A stretch of 58,188 bases of DNA, filler included, from Platydemus manokwari (taxonomy: Eukaryota), in NCBI GenBank assembly GCA_037951405.1. It is 5 parts of 5 records of this genome, joined end to end, with 100 filler letters (N's around TTAATTAATTAA, not from the genome) between each part and the next. Parts side by side here need not be neighbours in the genome. Positions count along the whole stretch, not along the records: positions 46,509 to 58,188 come from JBBMOY010527774.1; 4 more parts are not named here. One strand, given 5' to 3'. The translations under genes and the position numbers were made by a program. The notes below the pieces were generated by a model. It had not been told where the DNA came from. It worked only from the letters and a program-made list of their open reading frames with translations, and did no database searches. Below are positions 53,770 to 58,188 of this stretch, one piece after another. The number at the start of each line of letters is the position of its first letter. The first letter of the stretch is position 1.

Positions 53770-56271
53770 CTGAAATAGATAAAGGAACTTAATTTCAGTT
53801 TAGTTAATTAATTTACCGATTTCATTAGGAAAATATCTTGTTGGTTCGAGCTTATAAATCAAGTGGAAATATAATAGAAATAATTATTAACAGTAATTTG
53901 ATAATCTCAAATCTAATAAATGATTTTTATAACTACTTAATCGGCGAAAAAGACCGGACTGTGTAGTCCATGATTCCGGATGTACTTTAACGTTCCATGT
54001 GTCCAGTACATAGTTAAACAGTGATGTCGTAAAGTTTCCTCACAGTAATAAATTCTATTTATGTCTCTAATTTAGCATTAATAAAAGTGGGTTACTAGTC
54101 GTAACTTGGAGATATTGTTGTTGTTGTTCACAGTATTATTTTTTTCATTTAATCGAATTTAATAACATAAAAATCAAAAATTACAATCCTAATTTCAAAT
54201 TAGAAATCCAATTCCAATTATTTTTATGACCAACTCTGACTAACACAAAATCTTAACCAAACAAAATATTGAAGCACATTTACTGTTACATGTAAGAAGA
54301 AAAACATTAGTTTACTGAATTTGGTACTGAAATATTGTATTCAAACCAATGAAATGTAAGTGATTCATAATTTGCGTATCCAATAAATCGTACTACATAA
54401 CCAATGTTATTTTTACATTGGTTATGTGACTGTGATAAAATCACGATGAATAATTTTTTAAAGAAACCCTTTTCAGATAAAAAATGAATTTAAATATATT
54501 TAATATTTTAAAAACTTTTACATTTTAAATCTTGTTTTGGAAAATTTGATTGAATATTTTGATTAAATATACTCTAATTTTCTAATTTGTAAACATTAAC
54601 AAAATAAAAACACAATATTGCATCAAAATTATCGTTGCCAATCAATACTATTTATTATGAAGAAAAGTAATTCCAATACATTTTGGTGTATCCGAATATT
54701 ATATTAATTGGAATAAAATTCCCCTACTTGGACTCGAGATTACGTAATACAATAAATCGTTAATCCAGGATCTTACTTTAAAATTCGAGGTAAACAAGTA
54801 GATTTTATGCTATAATGAAATACTGGTGAATTAATTAGAGAACAGAAAGGGACACAATGATACTTATCTTTGTGCGTTTGAGAAGCAAGCATCCCAATAT
54901 AACAAATTTCTTCCATAATGATAAATGAAGTCCATAAATTCCTTTCTCCCACTTGGGTATATATAATCTATGTTAAAACCCCCATCAAAAGTAGATGATT
55001 GATTATTTCCGTTGTTCATTATATCTTAATAATTTCGTCATTCATTTAATCATGCATAAAACAGCAGTCATTGGTTTTATTTTGTTTAAAAATGTGATCA
55101 AATTTTTAATCCTGGCTAAAATTACAATAAAAAAAATCAACTAAATACATTTCAAGTGAAAAGATGGAATGTTAAAAACAGAACACAATGTCTCAAATCT
55201 ACTCACAAAACGAAATTTGGTGTTGTAAAAACTTAGTCAACATTTAAAATCAAAAATACATTTATAACAATTAATGGAGAAAATATCAATTTTAATCAAT
55301 AGAAATGAAGCTTGAATAAAATTATGGATAATTTCTTTCAATATAATCATGCAAAGCCAATCACTACATGGAAGCACGATTAATCGAAAATCAATAAAAA
55401 GATGAACAATACCAAATTTTAATTTCTTACTCCGTCCACACCGAAAGATTAATAACGACACTGACCACAAGACAACATTAAAAAATTAAGGAAACAACTA
55501 ACGATGATGATCGAGGACTCAGTAATTGCTTTTTATTGGATAATGGACCAATATTGAATCTTAATTATTTAGAAATTATATTAATATCGGGGATCTATTT
55601 GTCATCAGTATCCACCCAATTTTAACTTCACAATCAGGAGAATTTCAACATGATTCTAGGTAGAATCAAACAATATAAACTGGAATTATTAATAAAGAAA
55701 ATTATTCTGGATTAAACGGAACAATAAATTCTATTTTTTCAATAATAATAAAATATTCTAAATATTATTTTTAACAGATGCGGTTTGATTTTATTGGTTA
55801 GATGTATGTAAAATTTATCAAGAGTCCAATTTGTCTTCACAAAAACTGATAAAGATAGACTAGTATTTCTACAAAGACTAATTATGACAGGTTATGAAAT
55901 CCTTTCTTTTTATTGGTCTAACAAATCAATATTGTTTATATTTAGTGTTAAAAAAGTTTTTAATTAGAATTCATTAGTTGTTTTTTTACTAAACTCGATT
56001 AACATTTTTTTTGGAACAGATGAAATGATATTAGTAGATTTCGCTAGTATTAAATGTATGAAACACAAACATATTATAAATAAATATATATTATAAATTA
56101 TATCATAAATTATATATGATCACAGATAATGGTAAATTATCGATGTGAACGATATTAATAAAATTAAATAAGGCGAATAAATAAACAAATTATCAAGTAA
56201 ATTAATATTCATCTAATATATATACAGAAATAATTGATACGGTTTTTATAGCACAATATTAAAAACCTTAC

Positions 56272-56380
56272 AAATCGCCTGTGGCAAAACGCATATAATT
56301 AGACATTGGCATTGGTCTCCCAAATTCATCTGTAAATGAGCCAAGTGCAGGATCCATATTAGGACTACTTGATCCATCTG
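56272..56380 (-). CDS. KIFAP3: KIFAP3 penultimate exon
   Basis: TAGCAG acceptor, phase 1 in; ADGSSSPNMDPALGSFTDEFGRPMPMSNYMRFATGD; GTAAGG donor. Confidence 0.8.
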
Positions 56381-56451
56381 CTAGCAAACCGTTCTCATTA
56401 TACATACCTGCTTTCGATTATTTAATTTTAAAAATAATTCGATGCTTTTAC

Positions 56452-56662
56452 CGGACATTAGCATCTCGTAACGATTGAGAAGATCGTCAGCCCCTACCGT
56501 ATTGTACGGATAATTCATGCCCCCATCGTACAGGAATGATGGATCTTCTGCCGGATCTATTTCTGGTGTATTTGCTCCCCCCTCAATCATCTCTAACCAT
56601 TGACTGTTGTACCAACGAAATTTTTCCTGCTGAATCTTAATTGACCATTCTTCATCGAATTC
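56452..56662 (-). CDS. KIFAP3: Kinesin-associated protein 3 (KAP3, kinesin-2 accessory subunit) exon; upstream exons not seen in window
   Basis: EFDEEWSIKIQQEKFRWYNSQWLEMIE matches KIFAP3 [27 protein letters not shown]; TTTAG acceptor and GTAAAA donor. Confidence 0.92.
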
Positions 56663-57270
56663 CTAAATAAATTCAAAACTTAATAATATGTTCCAATTTA
56701 TCAATAGAATGGTTGAGGGGATAAAAGACCCATTGTGAGGGTGGCACAAGAATATACCAGAACCTGTTAAGTATGCTAGATAAAAGTATTAAATATGAAG
56801 ATGGAGAATTCACTTTCAACGGGGATAAATCCCTCAGGTTACCCTGATAAAATTATATTTGTTTGTTATTTTGCCAATGAATTGAATTGGGACATACTTC
56901 ACATACTCTATGCATACTTTTAGACATTTCTGTTTATTTAGATTTGATGTCATTTGTTGTACTAAGAGAGAATATTGTAATAGGATGTTGCTTTGGTCTT
57001 TTAAAATAGTTAAGGCTATTGAAATTAATCGAAGATGTAATGAGTAAGTATGTTGTTATCTAGTTTGGCGATTTAGGAAGCCATCGTCAAGGATTCATAA
57101 TTATTATACACTAGTCAATAAAAATGACATAACCAGTAAAAACTGTTAAACACAAAAGATACAATAATTATGGTACGAATTTTATAAAAAAGAAGTTAAG
57201 CTGCCTCACTATATAAAAGTGTTTATTATAGGAAGCAGTTAACCCGAAAAGTTGAAATCTCTTGGCTTAA

Positions 57271-57502
57271 CCCTTTCAATACGACTTTTGGTCAGTGAAA
57301 ATATTTTGTATAACTGAACTATATGTGCTGCAAATAAATAAAGGAACATATTTACATAATTTCAGATTTTTAGACAATATGGTTTTTTGAAAAAATGCCT
57401 TGGGACACATATGCCCGTGCAGTAGTTTAATGCGAATATTTTTCGCATCAGTAATTTTTGAACATTCTCTGCGACTTATATATCCCCGCAGTATTGAAAG
57501 GA
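57271..57502. mobile_element. piggyBac-type MITE (232 bp) in a KIFAP3 intron
   Basis: TTAA|CCCTTTCAATAC ... GTATTGAAAGGA|TTAA (TTAA TSD, 12-bp TIR with 1 mismatch); imperfect subterminal direct repeat ending GCAGTA (~57400-57424, ~57470-57493). Confidence 0.7.
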
Positions 57503-57599
57503 TTAAATATCTCAAAAAAGGTTTCAAATGCATTAATAATAAAATTAAATTAAACAAAAGAGTATATTTTGATTTAATAATGATAAATAAAACGGATTA

Positions 57600-58188
57600 A
57601 TTCAAAATAAATTAGCTAAAGATAAAAGAATAAACTCCTGAATTAATTCGATAAACTGTATAAATCTGATATGTTAATAAAAATTTATTAATTTTATAAA
57701 TAAAAGCTAATCCGAAAAATACCAAAATAAAAGAATCTTGGAAATTTTAATTAAAATATATACATATTTTTCGATTAAACTTAATTTGATGAAATGAATA
57801 AATAAATAAAAATAATAAATGTCAATAAGAAATCCCATAGAAAACTTATAAATTTGATAAATTATAAATAAATTATATATTAATAAAAAAATTATAAATA
57901 AAGAGAGAAATCAATCTGATAAATAAAAATATTAAATTTCGTTCATTTTAAAATGTAATAAATAAATTTGATAAATAAAATATAATTCAGATAAATAGAA
58001 TAATTTTAAAAGAAATAATATCAAAGAATCGTAATTTAAAATCTGTAAAATCAGAGCAATATTAACCAAATATAAATTTTCTACATGAAAAATTAAATCT
58101 AAATCCGATTATAAAAATAAATAAAACATGCAATCCGAAATAATGGAAAATAAATTTGAAGGGGAGCTAGGCAAATTTAAATTCATAA
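57600..58188. repeat. A-rich low-complexity intronic tract
   Basis: Directly visible. Confidence 0.6.

Noticed and set aside
1-58188. CRISPR arrays, tRNA, rRNA, SL RNA or snRNA genes, prokaryotic operons
   Set aside because: No repeat-spacer structure or recognisable RNA-gene signature seen by eye; the sequence is intron-containing eukaryotic DNA.

Overview
AT-rich (~70%) eukaryotic genomic DNA with short GT-AG introns, resembling a planarian/flatworm draft assembly (inference only). It is five contigs joined by artificial 100-nt N/TTAATTAATTAA/N linkers, so adjacency across linkers is unproven. Host genes: the terminal exon of calcineurin A (autoinhibitory domain; missed by the ORF track), a small secreted C-type-lectin-domain gene, a two-exon divergent Sox/HMG-box factor, an intact intronless clan-2-like cytochrome P450 with a tandem pseudogene, the 3' half of CDK5RAP1 (MiaB-type methylthiotransferase) and the last three exons of KIFAP3 (minus strand). 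The rest is mostly decayed mobile DNA: mariner elements and a MITE, a Polinton/Maverick-type protein-primed DNA polymerase B remnant between the two P450 copies, a NeSL/R2-like non-LTR remnant, a Gypsy integrase remnant, a probable MULE remnant and a piggyBac-type MITE. I found no well-supported novel system. The best leads are the P450-Polinton-P450 arrangement with a conserved promoter block, the non-canonical Sox HMG box, possible alternative 3' ends of calcineurin A and KIFAP3, a G-U-compatible 28-bp hairpin and a decayed HExxH fragment.
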